DNA from: Girardia tigrina
Taxonomy: Eukaryota
DNA: 54,130 bases
Reading direction: 5' to 3'
Assembly (NCBI GenBank): GCA_001938485.1
Contig: MQRK01200470.1
Span: 1-54,130 of the forward strand
Below are positions 35,343 through 48,761 of this stretch, one piece after another. A model generated the notes under the pieces. That model saw only the letters and a program-made list of their open reading frames with translations, was not told the DNA's origin and did no database searches. Position 1 is the stretch's first letter, and the number at the start of each line of letters is the position of its first letter. A program made the translations under genes and the position numbers.

Positions 35343-36819
35343 GTAAGTCAAAATTATTATACATATTTTTATTGTTAAAAATATTCATGTTTACATAAAA
35401 CACTAGAATCAGATTAAATAAGTAATTTTATCAATACGAAACATTTAGCTTCACTACATATATAATTAAACAAATTTATGTCTCTTAAAGATTCAGAAAC
35501 TATCGTACCGATTCGAAACCAAATTTAGACACCAAAGAGAAGCTTTCTGAAAAAAACCTTTATTAAAATGTGTAGTGATCTGATAATCGATGGAAAACAA
35601 AAAAACTGACTTTTGTTTAATTTAATTAAATTAAAAATTTGTTAAACGTGGAAAATTTAAATTTTGTAATTATGTCGCTAAAAAATAAATGCTTTATAAA
35701 AATAACCGATTTCTGATTTTCTATCTCAATTTTTTAAATTGTAAACGAATTAAATCGAGCGGACCAGAGCTGCCGCCTCATTGTTCAGCTAATCGGCATC
35801 CGGACAACCCACTTGGACGCTTCGAGTGGACCACCGAGCCATTTATTGGGGGAGTTGCATTTGTCTGTAAAATATTCTGGGATGATTAAATGTGTGTTTT
35901 TGTCGTTTTATTGTTTCTATTGTTAATTCATTTTTTGTAAACTTTGTTGTTTGTTGTATTTTTTTGTTTATTGTTGTAACATTATTTCTTTCATTTTTTT
36001 TAAAAAGGATCTCTTCACTTCTGATATCAGTTTAAAAAAACTGGTTTATTCTCCCAATGAATACACTAATAAATTGATCGTATGAACTTATTCGAATAAA
36101 CCGATTTTTTATACTTTTATGATATAAAGAATGCAAAAAATAAACTTTTACGGTATCAATAAAATATATTAATACTACAATCATTATTTATTTATTATTA
36201 TTTTATCATTATTAAAAGTCCTGTTTTTTTCTTAAAAAAATAAACCAATTAAAACTGTCTTCAATAAGCCGGGATGGAAGGAATCCGACACAGTTAAAAT
36301 TGTTTTTGGATGAAAATAGCTTCAACACCCTGCAAGATTTGAATATGTCAGTTCGTATAAAAAAGGAAAGTCCAAATTTCACAAATACGTGAGTCTTGAA
36401 TATTGAAGACACAACTGTTCCGTCACAGACAAACAAATATCATATTCTTGGAACGTTAATAAATTAATCTGTGGTAACCAATAATAATGGTATTGATTAA
36501 TTTATTATCGGTAATTTAATGATTATTTATTTACAAATAATTATTATAGGTTAGAATAAATAATGCAGAGGAAAATATAACCCATGATATCTTTCTTCAT
36601 CTATCTTTGATTTTTTCTGTCTTCTTTAATTTATCTTCTTTAGTTTCTCTGCTTCTTAAAATACATAACCACAAAAAAATGATAAAAAATAATACAAATT
36701 ACATTTTTTAAATCACACTCATAACTGCGCCTACAAATAAAAGCAAAAAAATAATAAAATAAAAATAAAAAAGAAGATGCGGGTTAGCACAGTAATATTT
36801 GAATTTTTACGCCAAAAGA

Positions 36820-37290
36820 TTTTTTGCGCGTTGGTACCGAATTAAAATTGATAATTTTGACATCCTAGTGGTGTGATCCTCACATCCTATAAAGGTATTA
36901 AGCCCGAGGCATTTTAGGAGATATGAGACGCTTATGGCTTCAAAAAGCACTCTACACATGCGGGGGTTGACATGCTTAAGCTCCGCCGATGAACCGGTTT
37001 CACAAAATCCCATATCAAGATTAAAAAATCTTGAATCATTGTGATGCAATCGGTCACTCGACTAATCCACTAATCCCCACAGCATGACACTCAGATTAGG
37101 AAGCTAAGCCTTGTAAGTGGATTGCAAGCCCACTGGTACTACAATAATCTGTCGGCACAGATATCGTCTAGTTTATCAGACACTTTAGCCTAGAGGCGGA
37201 GTCGAACCCATCCTAGTTTCCCAGGAACACTACGTGGAAGTATGTCTGCATGGCTTGCACAGTTGATCCCAGTGGTGTACCCATCTCATC
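36820..37290 (-). mobile_element. tRNA-derived SINE copy
   Basis: Reverse complement contains CCTGGGAAACTAGGATGGGTTCGACTCCG with a B-box (GGTTCGACTCC). The head is shared with 47283-47382 and 48538-48630. Confidence 0.6.
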
Positions 37291-37840
37291 TCTTGGAAAT
37301 TTCCAGATGTCGAATTTAATAGTTGGACCAAATGGTAAATTGAAAAACATTTTACAGACAGCTTAGTTTTTTAACGCGTTTTTTTATTATAAAATATTTT
37401 TTTCCTTGGCAGCGGTAGTTCTTTATTGACAAAATAAAAAAAATACTTCTTAAGTATCAGTTTTTTCTTGTTTTAATTTTTTTTCAAGATTCTTGATTTT
37501 TGTAACATCTACTGTCGGAATAATTTTGTTTCCCCAAATGATAAACAATCAGATAAGACACATTTATCCTGATTCACAAAACAAATTCAATAAATCTTGC
37601 ATTCCCAGAGGGGTTGGGACTTTGTTAGGAAATTTTTATAATCTTATTTTGAATATAGTTCAAATATAACCGCTTAATTTAAACAGTCTGTCACAATGTT
37701 TTCCTTAAAATAACTACCTTTAGTCTCTTATTTTTATATTTTCCATCATCTAAAAATTTTAATAAATATGTTTAACAACTTAAAAGTTATTATAAAAATG
37801 AACATATTCATGAAACTTACATTATACAAAATGATAATTG

Positions 37841-38318
37841 TAAGTAGCGTTTATGCCACTTTCATTATTATCAAATTCCGAAGTCATAATTTAACACCAC
37901 AAAAATTTATTAATATCAACAATTCACATATTTAAACAAATTTCGCCCAAAATTAATTCATTAAATTTTTTCGATTAAATTTTGAAAATTTATAAAATTT
38001 AAACCTTAAATTATTTTACATTTTTTACGAAAATTTTATAAAAACTAATTAATTTAAATTTACAATAAACCCTTTTATTAAAAGAAATATTTCTTAAAAT
38101 TTTAATCCGTGAATTATTTATTTTAAAATTTATTTGAACTTATTTCATAAATTTTATTAAAATATATCAATTGTTATTACTATAAGCATATTTTAAATAA
38201 GTATTTATTTTATCATATTTTTACTCTACATTTTAATTTTTTAATTTATTTCTTTTAAATTTTCAAATTAAAAAAATAATAAACTATTTTGGCGAAAATT
38301 AAATTTAAACTAACCCCT
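37841..38318. repeat. About 480-bp MITE-like repeat; second copy at 48762-49254
   Basis: Both start GTAA.TAGCGTTTATGCCACTTTCATTATTAT and end TTTTGGCGAAA...AAATTTAAA.TA.CC. Confidence 0.8.
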
Positions 38319-38624
38319 CATAATAATCATCATAAATGTCATTAATCAAACTTTTCTATCTAAATTCTCCAATTAGTAAAAAAAATTTTTTTCTTTCAAA
38401 AAAGTTTACTCATTAAAACTTCAAAAAAGAAATAATATTAAAAATAATTGAAAACAATTAATAATAATTTTAATATTAATACGCAAAAGAATTTTGTTTT
38501 TTCCAATTTGTTTAATAAAAATTTTTTCTACTTTTAATTACACGAAATTATATTTTTTTGAAAATACATTTTTTCTATTTTCATTTATTTAAAAATAAAA
38601 TTAATTTTTTTTTAAAAAATTCAG

Positions 38625-38980
38625 CTTTCTGAAGATACAATCAGTAAAGTGCACATTCAATTAGAATTCGAAAGAACAATCTCTCTTTCCAAACTCCTTC
38701 AGGATTGTAATGACTGGTTTAATTGGATCCGATCAAGGGTCGACAATCTTATGAATGAATATAATCACAAATTCAAAAATTGGACTTCTTTAAGGAAAGA
38801 GATATTAAAGATTCATAGTGATAAAAGTGATATTTATCATGGATTTGAATTGTTTTACAAAAAAAATCCTCCATCATCGGATAAATCTAATGAAGGTTTA
38901 AATACAGTTGGAACATGGAGAATAACTGCCGAAATTGATGCGAGTGCTGCTTTCCTTTTGGATAAGATACAGTACAAAAG
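38625..38980 (+). CDS. RhoGAP-START gene, exon D (linker and start of START domain)
   Basis: Acceptor aattcag, donor AG|gttttt. Reads LSEDTISKVHIQLEF...HKFKNW...FELFYKK...WRITAEIDASAAFLLDKIQYK; the KFKxW, ELxYKK and WRxxxE motifs fit DLC-type START domains. Phase 2 fits exon E. Confidence 0.88.
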
Positions 38981-39574
38981 GTTTTTGAATTTTTGATTCA
39001 TTTAAGAATAAAAATTTTTAATTTTAAAGTATATATATTGAAAAGATCCCATCAAATCGACAACATACCCCTATGGAGCTCATAAAAATTAAAATAAGTT
39101 GTTTTATAAAATCAAATTATACTTTTTAAAACATGATATAATTATTTAGGCTTCCAACACTTTTTTTAGCCTTAAAATGGACATTATTTGACTCTTTTCA
39201 TAAAAATATTTTTTTTTCTTTTAGTTAGTGTTCTGGATTCGTCGAATTAAAAAAGTTTTTAAATTAAAATTCTGAATTTGAATCAAAAGTCAGAAATCGG
39301 AATTTCAATTTTATATTCAATACTGCATGTATACCATCCTAGCCAAAATGTTCCTGGGCACCTGATTTTTTTAATCACTTTTTGAAATAAATGAGTATAA
39401 AATATGAACCAATTGCACGACCTGTATAAAATAAAAACCTATTTATAATTTAAACCCAGTTTAATAATAATTTAGCAATAACAACTTGAAAGCTCTAAAT
39501 AATAAAAAATTATTTCAATCTGAAAACAATTTGTATCGGTTTAAGCGTCACCATGCAGACTCAAACGTCACCTG

Positions 39575-40680
39575 ACAGATGGCATATCCCCAAAACAACG
39601 ATTCCAAAAACAGCGATTTATCAAAACAGCGATTACCAACAAAGCATTTTTACCACGTTTTTATTAGCTTGCTTTCTTGTCTGTTTGTCTGTTTGTCTGG
39701 AACAAATCTTGCGATTGATTTTTCGACCACTTTCAGTCATCCAATTGAGCTTATTTTTATTATACAGGCTTGGTTCCGATGACAATACAATGTGATAAAA
39801 AACATTTTGAAAAAAAATAATTTTTTCTATTTTTTTTTGCAAAAAACCACTTACGATTATCTACAAATTTATACATTGTATTAAATAGCAATCTTTTCGT
39901 TTATTTTCATGAATGAAGTTTTACACAGGCTTGCTTCCGATGACAATACAATTTGATAAAAAAAATTTTGAAAAAAAATAATTTTTTCTAATTTTTTTTG
40001 CAAAAAACCACTTACGATTATCTACATATTTATACACTGTATTAAATAGCAATCTTTTCGTTTATTTTCATGAANNNNNNNNNNNNNNNNNNNNNNNNNN
40101 NNNNNNNNNNNNNNNNNNNNNNNNNNNNNNNNNNNNNNNNNNNNNNNNNNNNNNNNNNNNNNNNNNNNNNNNNNNNNNNNNNNNNNNNNNNNNNNNNNNN
40201 NNNNNNNNNNNNNNNNNNNNNNNNNNNNNNNNNNNNNNNNNNNNNNNNNNNNNNNNNNNNNNNNNNNNNNNNNNNNNNNNNNNNNNNNNNNNNNNNNNNN
40301 NNNTATAAAATTTCTCACATGTCTAGAAAAAAATTATTTTCCTCTTTTTAGTGCATTGGTAATGCTTGAAAAACGTGGTTGTTTTTATAAAAAAATTTTT
40401 TTATTAATAATATTATTATTTTAAATATGAATATGTATTTATAAAAGGATTTACAGTATATTTCTAAAAAACTATTTTTTAATAAATGATAATGAATTTT
40501 TATTACTATTAATATCTTTACTAATAAAATTTTCAGTTTAATATCAATATACTAAAAATTAAAATATTAAAAACTCTTTTTAATTATAAAAATAAAAATG
40601 GAATTTTAAATTTTTCATATTTAAAATAAAAATGCTTTATTGGAAAATTGCTGTTTTGGGAATCGCTTTTTTGGGGGTAT
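39575..40680. repeat. MITE-like element with AAAACAGCGATT-type repeats in its inverted ends; hosts the HINE-like insertion
   Basis: Left 39585-39650 and right 40630-40680 are imperfect reverse complements. Confidence 0.55.
39647..40420 (+). mobile_element. HINE/DINE-1-like non-autonomous element with an internal ~160-bp tandem array
   Basis: Subterminal inverted repeats ACCACGTTTTT (39652-39662) and AAAAACGTGGT (40369-40379); GTCT/GTTT microsatellite near the 5' end; hairpin GCATT-GGT-AATGC; T-rich insertion site. Tandem units ~39764-39924 and ~39925-40074 run into an N gap. Confidence 0.65.
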
Positions 40681-42264
40681 AAACTACTACACTTAATTGT
40701 GCGGTTATTCTTAGATCTCAATCAGATCGATGGAGTAACTTCTTGAAGTGCTGAACCCAAAAGCTCGACTACGAATCGATCAGATTGTTGAAAATTTCGA
40801 TTTATTCATATTCAAACTCAAGATAATATTGGAACAATACCATCAGTTTTAAATCTGTTTTATTTAATCTGTCAGGTTATACCCCAAAAAAAGCGTATTT
40901 TCGTATATATTTAGGTTCAAGACAACCGGGAGATCACGGTTGAGTTTCCAACTATTCGGTATAACTCAAAAAATATTTTACCGAATAATTTCACGTCGAT
41001 TGTTGATTTGGATAGCCCGGTCTCAAAAACACATTAAACAACCAAAAAGTTGTTTCCTAACTCGGGAAAACTTTTGAAATATCTCAAGTTCAAAAAATCA
41101 ATTTATAATTTTTAAAAATTCTTCATGAAAAATGTACATTAATATTGTTGAAAATTTGATTGATGTTATTTTGTTTTAATATTCACAAATTTTTGAAATC
41201 AAGCGAGTATTTGAAATTTGGAGTTAATAAACATTATTTTTATTTTCAAGTTATTCATATTCTACATTAAAGATATAATCAAATAAACTATGATTAATAA
41301 ATAATCCAAAGATGTTTTTATTACAAAAAATATTAAAACTTTATAAAGTTATAAAGATAAGAAAAATTATAACTGCCTTAGGGAGTAATCACGAATGTGT
41401 GTTTTGCCTAAAAAAAGAATAATTAATTATTCAAATAGTTAATTGATTGATTAATTGATTCATTACTTACACATTCATGAAATACTCATTCGGGAAAAAT
41501 AAGCTCAATCGGATCACGGGAAGTGGGTGAAAATTTTTATCAAGATTATCTGCCAGTATACAAACAGACGAATGAGTTAATATATGAAGTGGCAATAAAA
41601 ATAACTACAAATTTGAAAAATAAAATAATCAAAATTCAAATTGAAATTTTAAATGTGTAAAAATATAGTTTTAAATAGTTTAGGATTTAATAAATTCTTT
41701 AAATATTAATAATGTCCGATATGATATATTGTATAAAACAAGTAAGAAAAATATAAATTAAGATTACTATTAAATTTTATATACATAACTAAGTTTTGCG
41801 ATAATGAATATTTTTAATTTGCTTAGACAGTAAAAAAGAATTTTGATTAGAAAAATAATGTTGTTGATTCGGGGTACCGAACAGCTGAGAAGTAATTAGT
41901 AAATATCAACAGAAGTATTCTTATCTTAACTGGGAATATTATCAACCGTCGAACTCCGTAAAAGCAATTCTCTCATTTCACAAATCCAGCAACCATATAA
42001 TTAAAGAAAGAAAAATATTTTTATCATGAATTTTTATCTACAACCAGTCTTTTAAAATATGAAGAATCTAAATTTCTTTTTGATAAATAATAATAAATGA
42101 TGTTATTATTACATTATGCCTATAGATATACATTTTGTGAAAAAAAATCAGAAAATATTTATTTTATTATTTTTTGTTATTGATAATTATGTTGACATCT
42201 TTCTCTTCTAAAGTTCAAGTATCAATTGTATCACAAACCTCATTATCAAAATCTTAATTAAGAT

Positions 42265-42600
42265 AATCATTCTCAATTTTTCTAACATAAATTTATATAC
42301 AAGCATTGTTCGTTGTGTCATCACAGTTAAAATAAAATAACAGTTACTCTAATTGTCTACGTATAACCCGCATCTCAATTTTTGATCACTAAGTTCCTTT
42401 GAAAATGAAGTTTAAGTTAAATAAGTAAATTATGTATAACCGCATCCATAAATTTTTCGAAAAGTCGTCTTTCGTATTACCGTATTACCCGCAGGTTATC
42501 CACAGTAAATTAGGGTAATACCAAATCAAAATCAGCAAGTTCATGTCTCAGTGCCTCATTATTACATCAATCGACAGTTCTTCTATCTGGTTTTTAATGT
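42265..42600 (+). repeat. Unclassified ~330-bp repeat; direct copy 46480-46795, partial inverted copy 44198-44298
   Basis: Near-identical blocks, e.g. CTACGTATAACCCGCATCTCAATTTT...TATCCACAGTAAATTAGGGTAATACC. Confidence 0.85.
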
Positions 42601-43519
42601 CGATAATTGATTTTGTTTTCTTTGATTGCATATAAATATGTAAAAAATATATACGTATATAGTGTTTTAAATTATTAAAAAAAATTAAAACCAATTAAAT
42701 AATTTTATTTTGAAATTTAAAGTTGATGTGGATTGCTGAGTCATCTTTCTTTTATGCTGAGCAATCGTGATACAATTTCTCATTGGCCAGCCAATCAGAA
42801 CGATTTATTAGTCATCAATGATTTTTGAAAGTCTTTTTTAGGTTTGTTATATTTGTGTGACCTTGAAATGTAACCTATAATTCATTTTATTCTGAAAAGG
42901 AATTTGAGCCAAAAATGTGCGAGTTGGAAAATATTTTGTCATAGTGGTTTTAAAAATATTACAGTTGAATTATTTTGGGGCGAGTTATTTGATGTTGATT
43001 ATGATTTTTTTGTCAAGCGATTTGTTTTACCGAATTTATCAGTTGGAAGAATTTCAAATTTTTTTGAACAAGATGATTTTGAGCTGAAAATTTTTTGAAA
43101 TATAAGCCGAACCAATGTAATATATTTTTAATTCTGAAAAATATTGACCCATCACTATGATCTTTAAGGAAGTTATCTGAAACCCATTTTGATGGGAAAG
43201 GGATATTTATTTTTAATCTCTTAAGGATAGGAAGTATCTTTCAGTGCGTTTCAAAAATAAATATACTTTTCTAATTAAATTTATTTTATATATTTCTAAA
43301 TTTAGTTTTTAATGAATTACAGATAATAAAATTGTAATGTTTAGGATTGTGTAAAAAATGATTGCGGTTACTATAATTCATTTTTACTCTATATTTTCTA
43401 TGTAAATTTTTATAAATTATTTTATCGTAAATTATCCGTTTAATTGCCGAATTAATATTTTAACTTTTAAATGGTTTCACGAAATCTAATTAAATTCAAC
43501 TGAATTTAAATCTTATTAA

Positions 43520-43754
43520 CCCTTTCGCAGCGGCTTTCCGTTTTAAGTTATAGATAATTTTTGTTAAATATATAATGTTTATTCCGGTCTGAAATTTATT
43601 ATTTAAAAGTTTTTTTTTGGAAATTTATTCAGGGGGNGGGCTGGGGAGGTTGGGACAAATATATCCCATTCGTCTTTTATGATGGGTCATATATGTCCCA
43701 ACAGCCTTTTTAAACATTCACTGGGACATATGTGTCCCAGCAGCTGCGAAAGGG
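43520..43754. mobile_element. piggyBac-type MITE
   Basis: TTAA|CCCTTTCGCAGC...GCTGCGAAAGGG|TTAA with subterminal TGGGACATAT-type palindromes. Confidence 0.85.
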
Positions 43755-44305
43755 TTAAACCAAATTTTCTAAACTAAATTAATGTTTGTTTAAATAAACG
43801 AATTCGGTAGTTATTTTAAGATACCGATGGAGAAAAAGATCATTGATCTTTATTTAATAAATACATCTTTGTCAAGTGGAATTCAGCTTTCTAAATAACT
43901 TCGTTCGAGTATTAAGTCACATTATTAAGCAAAACATACGATTTTTGAAAAAAATTGTTGAAAATAAAAAACTTCAAAAATGGAACATGAAAAAATATAT
44001 TTAAGCAAGAAAATTAATTTTTAAAATAATACAAATAAAAATGAAATTTCTATTTACATCATTTATATAAAAGCAATAAAAAAGAATAAAAATCAAAATC
44101 GATTTCTTAATGAGATTTTATCAAAGACTCGAATTAAAACTATAATTTGGTAATCAATATAAAAGTTATTTTGAGAAGAACAATCTATATAGAAAACATT
44201 AAAAGCCAGATAGAAGAACTGTCGATTGATGTAATAAAGAGGCATTGAGACATGAACTTGCTAATTTGGATTTGGTATTACCCTAATTTACTGTGGATAT
44301 ATATA

Positions 44306-45518
44306 CTTAGGCTGTCCAAAAAGTCCTCAGGTGGCCTTTAAAAACACACTAATATTTTACCAAATTTAACCAAATTTGGACTGAATATTATTCAGACTGT
44401 CATAAATACTGTGTTAAAATTTCAAAGCATAAAATTAAAATAAAAGTAAAATTTTGTTTTATTAAAGTATTGAAATTTTAAAAGTGCAGCGAATTCAAAT
44501 CAAGCGGATTTTAACAATGGAACCAAATAAATGTTGCCAACGTTTTTTTGTTCTAAGTCAAACTAAAAGAGGATTCTCTGCTTCAGAAATTTTTCAGCAA
44601 ATTCAGCAGGCATGGGAAGACGCAAATTACCCAGCACTGAAAACTATTCAACAATGGTTGACTGATTTTAAAAAAGAAATGTGGACGTCCTTCGACGATT
44701 CATCAAGAAGTGGCAGGTCGTCATTAATAGACGATGAAAAGATTAAAGCAGTCAAAGAAGTGATTGATGAAGCTCCAAATGCGTCTTTGCGTTATATTGA
44801 AAATGAACTTTCTTTAGGCAAAAATACAAAAAAAAATACTGATAAAAAATCTCTTGTTTTCGTAACCGTTACTTGCAACAAACGCTTTAATGTAAAAGCA
44901 CTGCCATATGGTACCAAGATTGATTCAGAGGAGTATGTGAACTTTGTTCATGATACCGGTGAAAAATGGCGGAAACTTAGATCTAACAGCATCAATCTAA
45001 AGGAACTTAAGTGGTGGCATGATAAAGAAACAAATCTTTTTTTGAAAGAAGAAAAATTGAAAAAAAATATCAATCGCCCTATAGTCCAGATTTTATTCTG
45101 TGTGACAGATTCTTGTTTTCAGAAATGAAGAAAAGTTTTAAAAATCATGTTTTCAAATCACATTAAGAAATTGAAGAAGCTTGTAAATTCTTTTTTAATT
45201 CTTTACAAAAGAAACATTAAAAAATCAACTAGATAAACTTTTGAACTATTGTCAGTTGGTTATTGACAACAATGGTGAATATGTTGATGCTTGAGAAATT
45301 TTTAAAATATTTTTTTAAATAAATTTTTAAATTCGCTGCATCTAATTTTTTTTGTTGGTTAATAATATTATTTTTTTGGTAAGTTTCAAATTTTATGCTT
45401 TGAAATTTTAACACAGTATTTATGACAGTCTGAATAATATTCAGTCCAAATTTGGTTAAATTTGGTAAAATATTAGTGTGTTTTTAAAGGCCACCTGAGG
45501 ACTTTTGGGACAACCTAA

Positions 45519-45519
<1 letters not shown>
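44306..45519 (+). mobile_element. Internally deleted mariner-like transposon with ~131-bp TIRs
   Basis: Near-perfect TIRs at 44306-44436 and 45389-45519. Transposase remnant from ATG 44517 with mariner-type HTH (ASEIFQQI...DDSSRSGR), WWHD and out-of-frame QSPYSPDFILCDRFLF. Confidence 0.9.
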
Positions 45520-45556
<37 letters not shown>

Positions 45557-46479
45557 TGAAATAAACTAAAACTTTTTATGGCGAATATATTAAGAATAAA
45601 TTACAAACAGAACGAATGAAAAGGAAGAAGGCATCTAGACTAATAATAATCACTAAACACAGAAAATAGCATTAGATATTATCAAAGTTAAATAAAATAT
45701 CTAATGCCAAATCTTTCTGTAATTTTTGGAAAGAATGTTTTTTGTGAATTTCTTTTAAACTTCATCTTGATTGGCAAAAATAATTAATTTTGGATTGATT
45801 TCGAGTTTTCTTTTGTTATTAGAAGTTTGAAAATTTTTAAGATAATTATGTGATCAGAATTCGGAATGTTGGATTGAAGATTACGGATAAATTGTTGACT
45901 GAGTTTCTTTTTTTACGATAATATTTTTTCGTCTCAATGTTCTTCGATGCTAAGCGCTAAATAAATCAAACTTGGACATGGCATCAAAATTGTTGATGAC
46001 AAGGAATAACTAATGTCATCGATTTTTTATTTTTCAATCAATCAATTCTATATAATTCAAATCACACAAAATTGGCATACACTATATATATATATATATA
46101 TATATTTAAATAATTTATATACTAAATAAAAAATAAATATTAGGCTACTACATGTTTATTTGCATTGTCCATCCGATCAGCATTCATCATTTTGTTCCTA
46201 TCCCAACGATGAATCGAGAGTAAATCTGGTTTATTCAGTTGAAATTTTGATACATTAATTTGGATTTATAAAGTTTTTTTAACTGAGATTTTTGATCTCA
46301 GGTTTTACCGGTGATTATTTCATTGAAAATACACTTATAATTGAGCTTATTTTCGCCAATTTCATTTCTTAAAATTCTAAAATGTATTTCTTTTTATAAG
46401 TGGTAATAATTAATGTTCTATTCTTAATTAATGTTCTATGTCTCCTTTTTGTTGTCTCATATTGCTTCTGTTACAAGGT

Positions 46480-46795
46480 AATCATTCTCAATTTTTCTAA
46501 CATAAATTGATATATAAGCATTGTTCGTTATGTCAGTGCTCTCATAAAATAACAATTACACTAATTTTCTACGTATAACCCGCATCTCAATTTTCGATCA
46601 CTAAGTTCCTTTGAAAATGAAGTTTAAGTTAAATAAGTAAATTATGTATAACCCGCATCCATAAAATTTTCGAAAAGTCGTCTTTATCCACCATATTCCC
46701 GCGGGTTATCCACAGTAAATTAGGGTAATACCGGAAAATTCAAGTCTCAATGTCTCTTTATTGCATCAATCGACAGTTCTTCTATATGGTTTTAA
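46480..46795 (+). repeat. Second copy of the 42265-42600 repeat
   Basis: Direct sequence comparison by eye. Confidence 0.85.
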
Positions 46796-47282
46796 AGTTA
46801 ACTATCGAAAATTACCATTTTAAACAGCTTAATATAAAATGAAAAACAGTGTTTTAATTTTCAACTGTAATAATTTGTTATTTTATTTTATCTTTTTTGT
46901 TAACAGATCGATCAATTATGAAATTTAATTATATTTTGATTGTCATTTTAGATCTCCTAATAAACAATTCATAACTCTTATAAATATATAATATAAAATA
47001 AATAAATTTAAATGAACAAGAGGGAATAATTTATTCTAAATTGATATATCTTTAAAAATATAATTTAAACTAGGACTTAATTAATTTAAATTTAATTCAT
47101 TTTATTAATAAGGAACTGTTTGAGAGATCTCTCTTAATTGTGGATAATTTTTGATCAAAAAATATTTTTTTATAAACTTGCTTTGTTTCTGAAAACGTGG
47201 AATATTTAGAAATAACTATTTTCTGTTCATAATTTAACGAATTTTTCTTGAATTATTATCATTATTTATTATTTTTCTTAGA

Positions 47283-47795
47283 TTGTTGATCTCTTTGGGA
47301 CCATAGTTAGTCAGTGGGGTCACTTCCTCGAAGTATCCCTGGGAAACTATGTTGGGTAAAATTTTATCTCTAGACTAAAGTGCGCCATCTTTTATCGAAA
47401 AACGGTCTAACCTCTTTATTTACCACCATCCCAAATTTATCATATTTTCTTTGTATATGAGGCTTTTTCAGCAGAACACCTCTATTATTTACCAAACCTC
47501 TTTAGTTTTCCATTATTATAAAAAATATTTTCTGATATAGTAAATTTATGTATTAAATTTGACTATTAAAATTGAAATTGTTTTTATATGTGATCAAATT
47601 GTTTAAATATTATTTTTATAGGTTTCCATAGAGTAGAAGTACAACTCATCTAAATTTATATTAATTTTTGAATACAATATTTAAAATGTCACAAAAAACG
47701 CCCCTAAACTGTAAAATAACAGGCCAAAAATTAGAAATTATTATGTATGTAGTAGGAAGACCTGAGACCGGATACCGTAAGGCAATGCTTCCCCG
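47283..47795 (+). mobile_element. tRNA-derived SINE copy (interrupted)
   Basis: A-box-like TAGTCAGTGG at ~47308 and a decayed B-box region. The body block at 47755-47795 is the reverse complement of 48445-48487. Confidence 0.55.
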
Positions 47796-47955
47796 AAAAT
47801 AAAAAATCGTGAAGTCGAATGTTTTTTTTATATTTTTCATATATTATACAAATTTTATGACATTTTTGTATTATTTAATTTCTACTGGAGATCTCTAACA
47901 TCGACAACATATGAATTTTGATCTGAAAGTAGATCTTTCAATAGATTAAACTTAA

Positions 47956-48174
47956 CCCTTACATGCATATTTTTGAAAATTTGCAACATTCCTGTTTTAC
48001 TTAATTTTATCATAAAACCTACATGTATACGTTACTGAATGTACGTTTATGACCAAAGGCAATAAATATGAAAACATTTGACATTACTTTTGGCGGGTTA
48101 GGGTTTCCATAATCTATGACTCCGTTCCTATTTATGAAAATTTTTAATTAAAAGCAAAAATATAAATTTAAGGG
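47956..48174. mobile_element. Probable piggyBac-type MITE
   Basis: TTAA|CCCTTA...TAAGGG|TTAA; only short TIRs. Confidence 0.5.
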
Positions 48175-48409
48175 TTAAATAAAACTCCTGAAAAAATAAA
48201 AAATGTATAAAAAGTCTTAAAATAGAAAAGAAAAAATAAAAAATTTATTATTAGGTTATCCGGAAAGTTTTCAGGTTTTTCATTCGAAACGCCAAGTGAC
48301 TATATGTATCTATCCATCTAGAGGTCCTGTTATGGATATCTGAAGAACTAATGAATCTTTTTAAATTCTTGTCAGACTCGGCATCATGTTCGAATCGCAC
48401 CTAATATAT

Positions 48410-48630
48410 TATGGGCCCAGCCTTTGCGTTTTCACAATCCCTCTAGGGAATAGCATTGCTTTACGGTATCTGATCGCAAGTTTTCCTTTTTATTTCGATA
48501 CAAAACGACACACCAGTCAAGGTCAAATTTCGGGAACTTAAGTCTAGAGACAAAATTTAACCCAACCTAGTTTCCCAGGGATAATTCGGAGAAGTGACCC
48601 TCACTGACTAACTATTATCCTCAAGAGATT
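48410..48630 (-). mobile_element. tRNA-derived SINE copy
   Basis: 48538-48630 is the reverse complement of 47283-47382. Confidence 0.6.
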
Positions 48631-48761
48631 ATAACTTTCTTAACACTAACAAGCTTAATAACTATTTTTGCCCATGTGATATAAATCAATTTATTCCGTC
48701 AGTGGAAATTTTATGTTCACAATTCCATGACTCCGCTTTTGCTTAGTCCTACTTAGCAATT

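Noticed and set aside
37190-37260. Functional tRNA gene
   Set aside because: A B-box is present but no cloverleaf could be built; homologous to dispersed SINE-like copies.
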